Positions 29,839-39,584 are shown, counted from the stretch's first letter. The stretch: DNA of 64,000 nt from a bacterium (GCA_030431715.1 JAUIIO010000005.1:17542-81541), one strand, 5' to 3'. Made by a program: numbers and translations. The notes: generated by a model not told the origin, from the sequence alone.

Positions 29839-30615
29839 CTACTCAAGTTGTGACCACGCGCTATCAAAGAGCGTATTCAGGAGCGTTGCAAATTCTGGAT
29901 GTGTTATCCGGAGCGCTTGGCAGTTGTTATCTTTGTAAGATATGAGTGTTACCCGTTCGCGGGTAATGATGCAGTCACATTGGATGTAGAAATGTGATGG
30001 TGCTATCTTTACGAGGTGATTAGGGTTTTTTACGGCGCGTTTATAAGTGGTTGCTCTGGGGCCGGGGCGCGCTATCTCTTTAATGTTATGTTTTCCTTCC
30101 CTCGTTTCATTTAGTACTTCAAGTGCGAGCTTAAAGGCTGCTTTTGTCAGGAGCTGAGGGTCGAAGATGGAGTTAAAGCTCTCGTTTGTTAGGGATTCGT
30201 AAAGATGTTCGTAAACTCCTTTTTCGCCGGTAATTGTTTCTAGTTCGAAACCGTCTATCTTTCGTTCCTTTCCTTCTGGGATCTCCATGAAGAGTTTTTT
30301 AAGAGATGCCGTTGTGCTTTGAAGCTGTTTTATCTTGCGTGTGGCTTCTAGCTCGAGTGTGGATAAGAGCGTCTCTCTTGGAATTGGAGAGAACATCATC
30401 GTTTTAGCTGAGCGCGATCGGTTGATCAGGCCTCTATCCACGAGTGAGTGAAGCGCCGCATAGACGGAGCCTCTTTTAAGCGAACTTCTACGTGCTATAG
30501 AGCCAGCTGCAGAGCGTCCATGGGTAATGAGGTGTGCCAGAATCTCTGATTCGTTGGCTGGCAATCCGGAGTTTTGAAGGGCGATATCTAAAGTGTTGTC
30601 ATTCATATATGACAC
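29839..30615 (-). CDS. TrmB-family transcriptional regulator
   Basis: L..SGL..NE..I...L...G...A..IAR...LKR..VY..L..LVDRGLI winged HTH; C-terminal FDSAW. Confidence 0.82.
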   Translation of the reverse strand: MSYMNDNTLDIALQNSGLPANESEILAHLITHGRSAAGSIARRSSLKRGSVYAALHSLVDRGLINRSRSAKTMMFSPIPRETLLSTLELEATRKIKQLQSTTASLKKLFMEIPEGKERKIDGFELETITGEKGVYEHLYESLTNESFNSIFDPQLLTKAAFKLALEVLNETREGKHNIKEIARPGPRATTYKRAVKNPNHLVKIAPSHFYIQCDCIITRERVTLISYKDNNCQALRITHPEFATLLNTLFDSAWSQLE

Positions 30616-30709
30616 ATTATAGCACTATAACATACTGATAACAAAGATATATTGCAATTTATGTTTCTATCCATTTCCTAATAATGACAATCGAGGCACT
30701 ATCAAGCTC

Positions 30710-31780
30710 ATGAAAAACGTATTATATCAAACACTTCACTGCTCACTTTTTATTCTTCTTTCACTGTATTATCAGGCTGAGCTTCACGCTCAAGTCTCAG
30801 TGGGGGTAAGCGCTCCGCTCACTGGTATCTGCGCTGAGTATGGTACTTCAGTTAAGCGCGGCATTATTCTTGCTCAGAAAGAGCAAAAGAGCTCATCTGT
30901 TCGCTTTGTTTTTGAAGACAATGCATATGACGCTAGAAAGTCGATTAGTGCTTATCGCTCCCTAAAGGATATAAAGAAAGTGTCGGCCATATATTCGTGG
31001 GGAGAGATTCCTCTGGTTGCTGTCTCTAATCTTGCTGAAAAAGATCGCATGCCGTTACTGGTAATGTCCAATGATGATCGTCTGGCAAGAGATCGGAAGT
31101 ATATACTGAATATGCAACTTCCACCTGAGAAGTACGCTGCAGCATTGAAGTCACAGTTAGATAAAAAGGGGATAAAGAAAGTTGCCTTTCTCGTAGCAGA
31201 AGATCCCTTTACTGAGGCTATGGCCAGAGGGATGCGTGAACAGCCTGGGATGCAAGAAGGTATTGTGAGTGAAGTTTCCGTGAGCCCGGATCTTTCAGAT
31301 TTTCGATCTGAGATTTTAAAGCTTAAGAATAAATCATTTGATGCTCTTGGGGTCTATTTACTTCCTGGCCAAGTGGGAGTGTTTGCCAAACAGGCGCGTG
31401 CCGCTGGTATCGGAGCGTTTCTCTTTGGTGCAGATTCGTTTGAGAGTTCTACTGAGTATGCGCTATCCTCTGGTGCTCTTTCCGGTTCTCTCTATACCAA
31501 CATAGGTGTGCCGAATGAATTTGTCTCGAAGATAAAAGAATACTTTCCTTCTGAAGAGAAGCCTGGCTTTGTGTGGGATAGCTATCTCTTTGCAAAGGCA
31601 AGTATGCAGGTTTTTGAGAAGGGGCAAGTGAAAGATCCACTTACCATTACGAAGAGCTATCGGTCCGCAATTGGAGGGATGGGTATACAAGTACTAAAGA
31701 GTACTCATGGCATGGAGTACACAGATCTTCCTCTCGCATTAAGGACTTTTGATGCTAATGGAAAAGTTGCTGACTACTAA
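30710..31780 (+). CDS. Orphan ABC substrate-binding protein, type 1 (LivK-like fold)
   Basis: Signal peptide, VGVSAPLTG..AEYG, FEDNAYD, DFRSEILKL. Confidence 0.8.
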   Translation: MKNVLYQTLHCSLFILLSLYYQAELHAQVSVGVSAPLTGICAEYGTSVKRGIILAQKEQKSSSVRFVFEDNAYDARKSISAYRSLKDIKKVSAIYSWGEIPLVAVSNLAEKDRMPLLVMSNDDRLARDRKYILNMQLPPEKYAAALKSQLDKKGIKKVAFLVAEDPFTEAMARGMREQPGMQEGIVSEVSVSPDLSDFRSEILKLKNKSFDALGVYLLPGQVGVFAKQARAAGIGAFLFGADSFESSTEYALSSGALSGSLYTNIGVPNEFVSKIKEYFPSEEKPGFVWDSYLFAKASMQVFEKGQVKDPLTITKSYRSAIGGMGIQVLKSTHGMEYTDLPLALRTFDANGKVADY

Positions 31781-31810
31781 AGGGGCAATGCCTCTTTGAG
31801 GGATAGAGGC

Positions 31811-34012
31811 TTACGCTGCTTCAGACCAGATTCTTACCATGTCATTCACGCTTTCTGCGGGGAGAGCGTACCGTGCCCGAGATGCAGCCCGGCAAAGATC
31901 AGCGTGATGTTGAGCCGGAGTAAAACAGTCGAGTGTGCGGCCAGAGAACGCCTCACATGTTTCACCTTCCACCGGCATTTTTATTACAAAGTCGCGTAGC
32001 GATAAATTGATTAAGTCTGCTGCTGAAAATCTCTCAGAGAAGATACCTGATAAGCTGGCGGCATCTGCTCCTCCTACCTTCATTGAAATGATAGTGCCCA
32101 CATTTGAGAGAAGCGTCGCTCGAGTTTCATCATCAACCTGGGTAAGAAATTGGTTTGAAAGGGTGAGGCACAGTCCGAACTTTCTTGATTCACTGAGCAT
32201 CTCTTTGAGCGACGTAGTCGTAAATGTATGAAATTCATCTACGTATAAATGAAATGGCACCCGCTCGTCAGTAGGTATGTCGGAGCGGGTTAGGGCAGCC
32301 TGATAGATTCGCGCGAGAAAAAGTGAGCCGAGCAGAGCTGCGCTGGTATCACCGAGCACCCCCTTGGGGATCTTGATAAGCAGGATTCTCTGGGAATCCA
32401 TAATTTTTCTAAAGTTGAGCCGGTTAAGTGGCTGACAGAGCATGTCGTGCAGCGGATCCGGAGCAAGCAGCTCGCCTAGAAAGTTTAAGAGTGGGGATAT
32501 GACACCATCGTCTTGTTTTTCTCTGAGGGTGGGGAATTCGTTCTCCCAGTATGCAATGAGATCTTTGTTTGTTAGGTGCGCGATTGTCCATTTTCGATAT
32601 TCGCTGCTTGCGAGGATTTTAAGCATGGTTTCAAGTGTTCCACCCGGAATTTGAAGTATGGTTTCAAGGCTTTTATGGAGTAAGCGCTGGAGGTTTTCTG
32701 ACCAGACGTTTCCTAGCACTTTTTTAAACGATTCAAGGAGGGTAGCGCATACTTTTGGTTGTTCGAGTTCGGGAACCTGCGCAACTGGATTAAAGCTTAC
32801 CGGATATGCGGTATCAGTAGGATCGACTAAGACAACATCATCTACTCTATCTTCGGGAACATGCTTCAAGATATCATCGACGAGGTCGCCGTGGGGGTCT
32901 ATGACGGCAAGTCCTTGTCGTTGGTGTATGTCAGTTTTTGCCAGAAGTTCAAACAGTTTAGATTTTCCCGATCCTGTTTGTCCGACAACGTAGGCGTGAC
33001 GAGAGCGGTCATTCTTATTGAGTCCAAAAAGAGTCGATCGCTCACGGTACATATTTTCTGCGAACACAGTTGTATCTTTAGAGAGTGGATTTCCACTTGC
33101 CGCAGCGGGAGGGTTGTTCTTTCTCGAGAGAATGGACTCAATATTTAATCCATCATCGACATCAGGCAGGTGCCACAGGGTAGAAAGTTCAGAGGCGGTG
33201 AGTCGATAAGGTTTGTGGTATTCGCGATCTTGCAGGAAGTGGAGTGCTTCGGGGCCCGTCTTCGACTTGCTCGGCAAGAGTTTGTTTAAGGAAGAGGAGG
33301 CACACTCTGTGTATCCTCCTTTGATAATCAGGCGGATGAGGTCTTGAGGAGATTGCTCGTACTCACCATCTGCTGGAAGCATAGCGCAAATGCGACCGCT
33401 AAATCCAAAAAGGAGGTCATTAACCTTGTTGTCGATTGCCTCAAATCGCATGGTGAGACCGTGCTCTTTTACCCAGAACTTGGGTTTGCGGATATGAGAG
33501 AGTTTGCTCAGGACTGCATCTTTCTTAAGCCCGGCCCGTAGCAAGGCGGAGTCTTTAATGGGGCAGCATACGAATTGTAAGATATATTTCCCCTCGTACG
33601 GAAGCCTTGTCAGTGTTGTAAGTAGGGCGCTGAGTGAGTCTTGCTGTAGATATGATGCGTCTTTAAAAGGAATAATGTCTTTTTCGCGTAACCGAATCTC
33701 AGACGTTGCTATGCTCCAGTGGTGTGGATTGACCTTTGTAAAATCCGGACGCTCTTCGATCTGTATGCCGGGATAAATGGCGTAGAGCGAACCGTTAATG
33801 ATATCGATCGTTTGAGAGTGAGCAGTAATGTAAAAGGTTGTGATCTGTCTGTGGCAGTAGATTTCGAATGAAAAGAGTTCGTCTATTGAGCTTGCGTACT
33901 CCTTAAGGGCCTGCATAAAAGTTTTTTGCCGGGTTACTTGCCAGACCGTCTCGACGATAGCTCGTGCTTCGCCGTAGGATTCTCTGGGGATAATGATGGC
34001 TACGGTCTTCAT
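31811..34012 (-). CDS. Stand-alone VirD4/TrwB/HerA-superfamily ATPase (coupling-protein-like)
   Basis: Walker A GQTGSGKS, VIDPHGDL, SFNP, Walker B LYVDEFH, ESRKFGL..SNQ; ~290-aa N-terminal domain with FSFEI and YAIYP. Confidence 0.85.
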   Translation of the reverse strand: MKTVAIIIPRESYGEARAIVETVWQVTRQKTFMQALKEYASSIDELFSFEIYCHRQITTFYITAHSQTIDIINGSLYAIYPGIQIEERPDFTKVNPHHWSIATSEIRLREKDIIPFKDASYLQQDSLSALLTTLTRLPYEGKYILQFVCCPIKDSALLRAGLKKDAVLSKLSHIRKPKFWVKEHGLTMRFEAIDNKVNDLLFGFSGRICAMLPADGEYEQSPQDLIRLIIKGGYTECASSSLNKLLPSKSKTGPEALHFLQDREYHKPYRLTASELSTLWHLPDVDDGLNIESILSRKNNPPAAASGNPLSKDTTVFAENMYRERSTLFGLNKNDRSRHAYVVGQTGSGKSKLFELLAKTDIHQRQGLAVIDPHGDLVDDILKHVPEDRVDDVVLVDPTDTAYPVSFNPVAQVPELEQPKVCATLLESFKKVLGNVWSENLQRLLHKSLETILQIPGGTLETMLKILASSEYRKWTIAHLTNKDLIAYWENEFPTLREKQDDGVISPLLNFLGELLAPDPLHDMLCQPLNRLNFRKIMDSQRILLIKIPKGVLGDTSAALLGSLFLARIYQAALTRSDIPTDERVPFHLYVDEFHTFTTTSLKEMLSESRKFGLCLTLSNQFLTQVDDETRATLLSNVGTIISMKVGGADAASLSGIFSERFSAADLINLSLRDFVIKMPVEGETCEAFSGRTLDCFTPAQHHADLCRAASRARYALPAESVNDMVRIWSEAA

Positions 34013-34453
34013 AAAACTGTTATTAAGTGCGTTTTATAGTGTGTGTCTGGATAGTAAAAAAAGACCTACCGGGGGAGGTAGAGATTACATCATATAAATC
34101 CGATTATGGGATTAGCCGGGTATTGAAGCAACCTAAATGCAAGTAATTGCAGATATTTAACGCTGAACTAACCTTGCGCTAACACTATCTAAACAATCCA
34201 CAGTTTTATAGTCGTTAGAATTTAATCTTCTTGTATATTTCTAGGTACATACATAGTAAGTCCCTGAGTATATTAAGATAACTTAACTCTTTAAAAATTC
34301 AGTTACTTTTTCAACTTATGCCTGGCATTTCCTAATAAATTAAGGTAGTCATATCATTTAACAGGCCCTTACTGGGTTAGGGTGCTGTTTCAAAGGTAGG
34401 GAGTTTTTCCTCGCTTTTGTGAGTGGCAACATTAATTTAGGATGTTGTAGCGG

Positions 34454-34466
34454 TAAGTTGTTAATT
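34454..34466 (-). promoter_or_regulatory. Candidate IHF-binding site upstream of ihfB
   Basis: Minus strand AATTAACAACTTA, one mismatch to WATCAANNNNTTR, within a ~510-bp AT-rich intergenic region. Confidence 0.4.
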
Positions 34467-34524
34467 TTATAATATTTCGTATTCGCTATTGAATACTAGA
34501 ATATATCATTGGGAAGTTAGGTAA

Positions 34525-34836
34525 GTGAATAAGTCAGAGCTCATAGAAAAATTAGCAGAAAAGTCAGGAATTAACGTAATGCAGGCCGAAGAGATCGTTA
34601 ATCTCATCTATCGTAAGATGAGAGATACGATGGTGAACGGCGGACGTATTGAGATACGTGGGTTTGGTAGCTTTGTCGTTAAGGATTACGGAGCTTACCA
34701 AGGGCGTAACCCGAAAACAGGTCAGAAGATAGACGTTCCGCCAAAGAGACTCCCTTTCTTTAAGGTCGGAAAAGAGCTCAAAGAGCGCATAGATAGCATT
34801 GATGAGAATCCTTCTTCCGGGGAAGCCGCATCGTAA
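34525..34836 (+). CDS. ihfB: Integration host factor beta subunit
   Basis: MNKSELIE, RIEIRGFGSF, GRNPKTG, PFFKVGKELKER. Confidence 0.92.
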   Translation: MNKSELIEKLAEKSGINVMQAEEIVNLIYRKMRDTMVNGGRIEIRGFGSFVVKDYGAYQGRNPKTGQKIDVPPKRLPFFKVGKELKERIDSIDENPSSGEAAS

Positions 34837-34983
34837 AACTCTGTGGAGTGTGACTGGTGGGGCCAGCTAGTGTGTTCCCGGTGAGCTTTCGGTGGTATTT
34901 TTCGCATACTTGTTCCACGTTGCGAATGTATATAGTATATAAAGGATCTGGTTAATAATTAAGTAATTTATGAAAGGGGTTAT

Positions 34984-35367
34984 ATGTCCATAGACTGGTT
35001 GAACGATCTTGAGAGAGATATAGATAACGGAAAAGAGATCTTCGCTTGTCCCGGGGTAGGTAGAAACCAGTGGGTCGTAAGTGATGTAATGGAAGAGCTG
35101 CTTAAGACAGCTAAGCGTTCTGCTGGACATAAAAAGCTGCCGGTGAATATCGTTCGCCTCATATCAAGGCACGATACGATTTCAGGGGACCTTTTCCTTG
35201 TACCGACGAAGATCGGAGACCCCGGTCCTCGTGGTGAGGCTCAAGTCGAGTGGTCAACTGTTGAAACAAAAGAGGCTTCAGAGATGATGCGTGACGTACG
35301 TCACGGTCCTTCGCCTTTTTTCGGTATGCAGGTTGAGCAGACAATTGAGCCCGAGAACGTAGAGTAA
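34984..35367 (+). CDS. Hypothetical protein
   Basis: 127-aa ORF with AGGGG RBS and normal codon usage. Confidence 0.7.
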   Translation: MSIDWLNDLERDIDNGKEIFACPGVGRNQWVVSDVMEELLKTAKRSAGHKKLPVNIVRLISRHDTISGDLFLVPTKIGDPGPRGEAQVEWSTVETKEASEMMRDVRHGPSPFFGMQVEQTIEPENVE

Positions 35368-35379
35368 ATTTTTTTCTTA

Positions 35380-35649
35380 ATGAAAATTCCTCATAGAGTT
35401 CAGATAGATTGCATTGTGACCTCACGTTATGACGGTGAGGTGCGGCCTGCTTCGTGGGATAGTCGTGCGGGTGGAGTCGACGTGGTGAAGACCGTCGATG
35501 GAGATACCTTACGTCTGTGTAGCGAGGCGGGTCAAAATACTCCTCAACCCGGCTGGGTGATTCTTCTTACTGCCGGAGATGCTGAGTCAGGCTATGCATG
35601 GACCCTTTATGGAATGCCCGTAGCTGCGGACGCCTCGGGCGCTCATTAG
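35380..35649 (+). CDS. Small hypothetical beta-rich protein
   Basis: 89-aa ORF 12 nt after the previous stop. Confidence 0.65.
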   Translation: MKIPHRVQIDCIVTSRYDGEVRPASWDSRAGGVDVVKTVDGDTLRLCSEAGQNTPQPGWVILLTAGDAESGYAWTLYGMPVAADASGAH

Positions 35650-35661
35650 TAGCTAATTAAT

Positions 35662-35855
35662 TCCTCCTCCTAGTCCTTCTCTTCATCCTCATCCTGCACT
35701 TGCACCTTTTCTATCTCCAGCTTTTTTGCTGAAACCTCTTCCGTGTCCACACCAAAAGCTGACCCTGCTTGACGAATAGGTGTATTCGTCCGAAGGAGGG
35801 GAGAGATTTAGTGCAAGTGCAAGATTAAGAGGAAGAAGAAGATTAAGAGGAAGAG
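35662..35855. repeat. 6-nt-periodic arms flanking a ~100-nt spacer, between convergent genes
   Basis: TCCTCC TCCTAG TCCTTC TCTTCA TCCTCA TCCTGC ACTTGC (35662-35706) and purine arm GTGCAAGTGCAAGATTAAGAGGAAGA... (35811-35855). Confidence 0.8.
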
Positions 35856-35868
35856 AGCACTCGCTCTT

Positions 35869-36660
35869 TTAGGATTCCCCGTTGTTGGGAAGTATTTGAA
35901 TAACGGGTTGCTCCGCAAAAAGCGGTGGGTAGTTAAGCTCTGCAGATTTGTATATTTCAGGAGTAAAAGAGATATCACACAGGTAGTGCCGACCAGCATA
36001 CTGACCACCTGCCTGCAGCCCAACAAGTGGGGCTCCCAGTGACAGAGTTGATGAAGCAAAAAGCGGTACGTATGATTTCTTGCCTGTTGTCTCGCAAATT
36101 CCCAGTGGGCACTCTATCGCATGTATTGGTGTGCTAATCTCATTTAAAATTTCAACAACACTGGCTTCAAAAGCACTTTGCTCGGTATCTGGTCGATAAA
36201 GACCACAGATGCTGTTGTGACACTGCACGAGAAGATCTTGAACAAGAGAGTGCTGTTCTTCCTCATGCCAGTACTCCATGCTGACGTTCATCTGTTCGAG
36301 CGGTTGCAGAACGCGGGTGAAAAGCTCGCTGGGTGTTTTCTCCTTTATTGCTTTTCCGACAAAGAGTACCACTCCCTGTGACCCACCGTTTACCAGATGT
36401 CTGAGTGTCGTAAGTGCCACTGCGCCACTTAGGCTGTCATTCACAAGAGCGCAGACTTGGCCTTCTAGCGCAGAGAGTCCCAGAGCGAAGCGAACAACCA
36501 TTGCCATGCTAAAACCGGCGGCTTCAGCGATCTGAAGATCGGTTAGCCCGTACTCATCACGAAGTCGGGCATGCATTCCGTGAAGGGTGTCGGGGGTAAC
36601 GCCTCGTAAGGGGAGCGCTGTTTTGGTAGTAAAGTGTGCGTTCTCAGGAGATATCGTCAT
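35869..36660 (-). CDS. YjeF-N / NAD(P)HX epimerase-like protein, degenerate
   Basis: GLTDLQIAEAAG, LRHL, AIECPLG, YAGRHYLCDI align to NnrE motifs, but GNNGGDG is absent. Confidence 0.7.
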   Translation of the reverse strand: MTISPENAHFTTKTALPLRGVTPDTLHGMHARLRDEYGLTDLQIAEAAGFSMAMVVRFALGLSALEGQVCALVNDSLSGAVALTTLRHLVNGGSQGVVLFVGKAIKEKTPSELFTRVLQPLEQMNVSMEYWHEEEQHSLVQDLLVQCHNSICGLYRPDTEQSAFEASVVEILNEISTPIHAIECPLGICETTGKKSYVPLFASSTLSLGAPLVGLQAGGQYAGRHYLCDISFTPEIYKSAELNYPPLFAEQPVIQILPNNGES

Positions 36661-36764
36661 AGGAAAGATGTCGCGTTCATAGACTCTTTAAGGCTTTTAT
36701 GTATACTACCGGTATATAATAGACACCGTTGTCGCCTGCTGAAAAGCTTTTATGTGATATTGCT

Positions 36765-37790
36765 ATGAATTTGAATAAGCCACTTCCATCTGAACCTGTA
36801 ATTGCCATCGTTGGTGCAACCGGTGTTGTCGGCAGCGAGATGCTCAGCATTCTTGAAGAGCGTAATGTGCCCTGTCGTTCAGTAAAGCTCCTTGCCTCGA
36901 AAGACTCAGCCGGCGAAATGTATTCGTTTAATGGAGGTGAGTGTGAGGTTGAAGAGCTCACTGCTGAGAGTTTTCAAGGGGTAGATATTGCACTATTTGC
37001 GACTAGCGGTGCTCTTTCCGCAGAGTTTGTTCCAATAGCCGTAGAATCAGGGGCAATCGTTATTGATAATTCCAGTCACTATCGTATGCAAGAGGGAGTG
37101 CCACTTCTAGTTCCTGAGGTGAATAGGGTAGCTCTTACCAAGAATGATCCTATAATCGCTAATCCAAATTGTTCTACGGCACAGTTGGTCCCTGTTTTAG
37201 ATATTATTCACAAAAATGCAGGTTTAAAGCGCGTAGTGGTTTCTACGTATCAGGCTGTTTCCGGTGCCGGCAAGGCTGCCCTTGATGAGCTCTGGGAGCA
37301 AACGCGCGCCGTTTTCACACAAAAGGAAACTGAAAGTGAAGCCTTTGCTCACCCGATAGCTTTTAATTGTATTCCTCAGATAGATACCTTACTTGAGGAT
37401 GGCTACACCAAAGAAGAGATGAAGGTTGTAGATGAGTCAAGAAAGATTCTGGGTCTTCCAGATCTAAAGATTACCTGCACCGCAGTACGTGTTCCAGTTT
37501 TTCACTGTCACGCCGAAAGCGTGAATGTTGAGACAGAGAAGCCATTATCAGAACAAGAGCTCACGACTCTCTTAGAGAATGCGCCGGGGATAGAGGTTTA
37601 TGCGAATCATAACGAATTCCCTATGCAAATTGATTGTGCATCGAAGGACCCAATCTTTGTTGGTCGTATTCGAAAAGATTCATCTGTAGAGAATGGGCTC
37701 AATATTTGGATAGTCGCTGATAATTTAAGAAAAGGAGCTGCTCTAAATGCCGTTCAAATTCTTGAGCTCCTCCTTGAAAAAGAGCATTAA
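36765..37790 (+). CDS. asd: Aspartate-semialdehyde dehydrogenase
   Basis: VGATGVVG, DNSSHYRM, ANPNCST, YQAVSGAG, DNLRKGAALN. Confidence 0.97.
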   Translation: MNLNKPLPSEPVIAIVGATGVVGSEMLSILEERNVPCRSVKLLASKDSAGEMYSFNGGECEVEELTAESFQGVDIALFATSGALSAEFVPIAVESGAIVIDNSSHYRMQEGVPLLVPEVNRVALTKNDPIIANPNCSTAQLVPVLDIIHKNAGLKRVVVSTYQAVSGAGKAALDELWEQTRAVFTQKETESEAFAHPIAFNCIPQIDTLLEDGYTKEEMKVVDESRKILGLPDLKITCTAVRVPVFHCHAESVNVETEKPLSEQELTTLLENAPGIEVYANHNEFPMQIDCASKDPIFVGRIRKDSSVENGLNIWIVADNLRKGAALNAVQILELLLEKEH

Positions 37791-37822
37791 GAGCCGTTTC
37801 TGCCTGAAAGTCGGAGGATTCC

Positions 37823-38584
37823 TTGCCTAATATACGACTTGTGCTTGAATACGACGGGACGCGATTCGCAGGATGGCAGGTACAACCCGGTCAGCGTACG
37901 ATACAGGAAGAGTTGCGAAAGGCGCTTGAGACCATATGTGGGGAATCTCTTAAAAATCCACTGGCCTCTGGACGAACCGATGCTGGTGTTCACGCCAGAA
38001 GGCAGGTCGTAAATGTTCATCTGCCGTCTGATGCACCACCCCTTACAAGGATTCAGCACGGAGTGAGCAATATCTTAAAAAATGAGGTTTCTGTAGTTTC
38101 GGCTGAAGTTGTTTCAGATGACTTTCACGCCGTGAAAAATTCAGTAGAGAAGCAGTATACCTATCATATCTTTCACCGTCCTGCTCCGCCTACATATGAC
38201 TATGGCCACGTGTTACACATTGCATCTTCTCTCGATATTGAGACGATGAATCGTGAAGCAGCTTCTCTTATTGGCGAGCATGATTACACAAGTTTTCGCG
38301 CCTCTGGCTGTGGCGCCAAGCACGCGCGCCGTGAAGTTTTCTATTCTGCCTTTGAATACCGTAATCCGCATCTCGTGTTTACGATCCGTGGCAACGGCTT
38401 TTTAAAACAGATGGTGCGAAATATAGTTGGCACCCTTGTGGCCATTGGGCGTGGAAAAATGACGAAAAGCATAGAGGAGATCTTGAAGGCCGAAGACCGA
38501 ACTCTCGCTGGGCCAACCGCACCGGCACATGCCCTTTTCCTAGATTGGGTTAAATACGATGATGGCTTCATCAGCAATCTTTAG
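37823..38584 (+). CDS. truA: tRNA pseudouridine(38-40) synthase
   Basis: YDGTRFAGWQ, SGRTDAGVHA, GFLKQMVR, TAPAHAL. Confidence 0.96.
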   Translation: MPNIRLVLEYDGTRFAGWQVQPGQRTIQEELRKALETICGESLKNPLASGRTDAGVHARRQVVNVHLPSDAPPLTRIQHGVSNILKNEVSVVSAEVVSDDFHAVKNSVEKQYTYHIFHRPAPPTYDYGHVLHIASSLDIETMNREAASLIGEHDYTSFRASGCGAKHARREVFYSAFEYRNPHLVFTIRGNGFLKQMVRNIVGTLVAIGRGKMTKSIEEILKAEDRTLAGPTAPAHALFLDWVKYDDGFISNL

Positions 38585-38639
38585 ATATTTCACAATGATC
38601 CTCATTTGTTCGAGGGCAAGTAAGGACCTGTCCCTAGAC

Positions 38640-38671
38640 CTCTTTGTGCTCTTAGCTTCCTTTGCGGTTAA
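38640..38671. repeat. 9-nt-periodic element, single arm
   Basis: CTCTTTGTGCTCTTAGCTTCCTTTGCGGTTAA matches the right arm at 12985-13015. Confidence 0.75.
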
Positions 38672-38705
38672 AAGTGTTCCATCTAAGATGCATCCCTAGG
38701 GCAAT

Positions 38706-39383
38706 TCATTGTTCAAAAGACAATCTGTTGTGGATAAGATGAAAAGTGGCAAGCCCGAGCTCCTTGAATCCGTAAAAGTCGCAGAGAACCCAAGCCATTA
38801 GAATGGAAAGGATGGTAAAGTTCATTCCAATAACATAAAGCAGACCAATACGATATCCACCGAGAAGGTTAGAGAAGTCAGTTTGGTGTGGCCCAATATC
38901 GTTATAGTTTAAAAACACATCAGCACCGTACCAGAATGATACGAAAAAGAGATATGCATTTGTGTGTACTTGTAGCAGGGGGATACCGAGAAGGAATGCG
39001 GGAATAGTAAAAAGGGGGAAGTAGTACGGCGCGAGATAGATGAAAGCATTATATGCTTTTGTCTCTTCAGTATAGCTGTATTGAAAGTGGCCTGTTTCTT
39101 CTTCCACTTTCATCTCTTTCCATTTATTCCCAACGAGATTGGAAACGATAGCATGTTTATACTCATGAAGGAGTACGGCGAATTCATTTTTAACAAGAAG
39201 CGAAGCGAGCCATCCACCGGTACACCCCGCGAGAAGAAAGAGCAGGAGTCTCTCTGTGGAGCTACTATTGTAAATCGAAATGAGGGCAATCGTGTTTAAG
39301 AGCCCGAGTACGTAGAGGAAGATAAGAGAGAAAAAGAAGACGATGCCACCAACAGGTCGTTTTGCCATAGGAGGTATCGTCAA
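38706..39383 (-). CDS. Membrane zinc metalloprotease, M50-like
   Basis: LLHEYKHA (HExxH) in a hydrophobic context, LAPYYFP, QTDF. Confidence 0.7.
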   Translation of the reverse strand: MTIPPMAKRPVGGIVFFFSLIFLYVLGLLNTIALISIYNSSSTERLLLFLLAGCTGGWLASLLVKNEFAVLLHEYKHAIVSNLVGNKWKEMKVEEETGHFQYSYTEETKAYNAFIYLAPYYFPLFTIPAFLLGIPLLQVHTNAYLFFVSFWYGADVFLNYNDIGPHQTDFSNLLGGYRIGLLYVIGMNFTILSILMAWVLCDFYGFKELGLATFHLIHNRLSFEQ

Positions 39384-39401
39384 CTATTTAGAGGGCTGGC
39401 G

Positions 39402-39584
39402 TCAATGGTGCGGGTTTGCCCTCGAATGCGGGGGGCTATCACAGGGCATCAGTGCCTTTGCGAGAAGGTTATTCTTAACCTCATATTTCCCCGTCGCGAT
39501 AATTTTTCGCAATCTTTCAATCTCATTTTGGCGGACACTCTCGAGTTCTTTTGCGAGCGATACTGAATAGCTAACGGTATTCAT
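39402..39584 (-). CDS. FlgM-like anti-sigma factor (C-terminal core only)
   Basis: GAGGAG RBS before ATG 39584; RQNEIERLRKIIATGKYEV...LAKAL matches the FlgM sigma28-binding helices. Confidence 0.65.
   Translation of the reverse strand: MNTVSYSVSLAKELESVRQNEIERLRKIIATGKYEVKNNLLAKALMPCDSPPHSRANPHH

Noticed and set aside
31811..34012. Conjugative element or HerA-type defence system
   Set aside because: No relaxase, mating-pair genes, integrase, att pair, NurA or Sir2 partner in the flanks.
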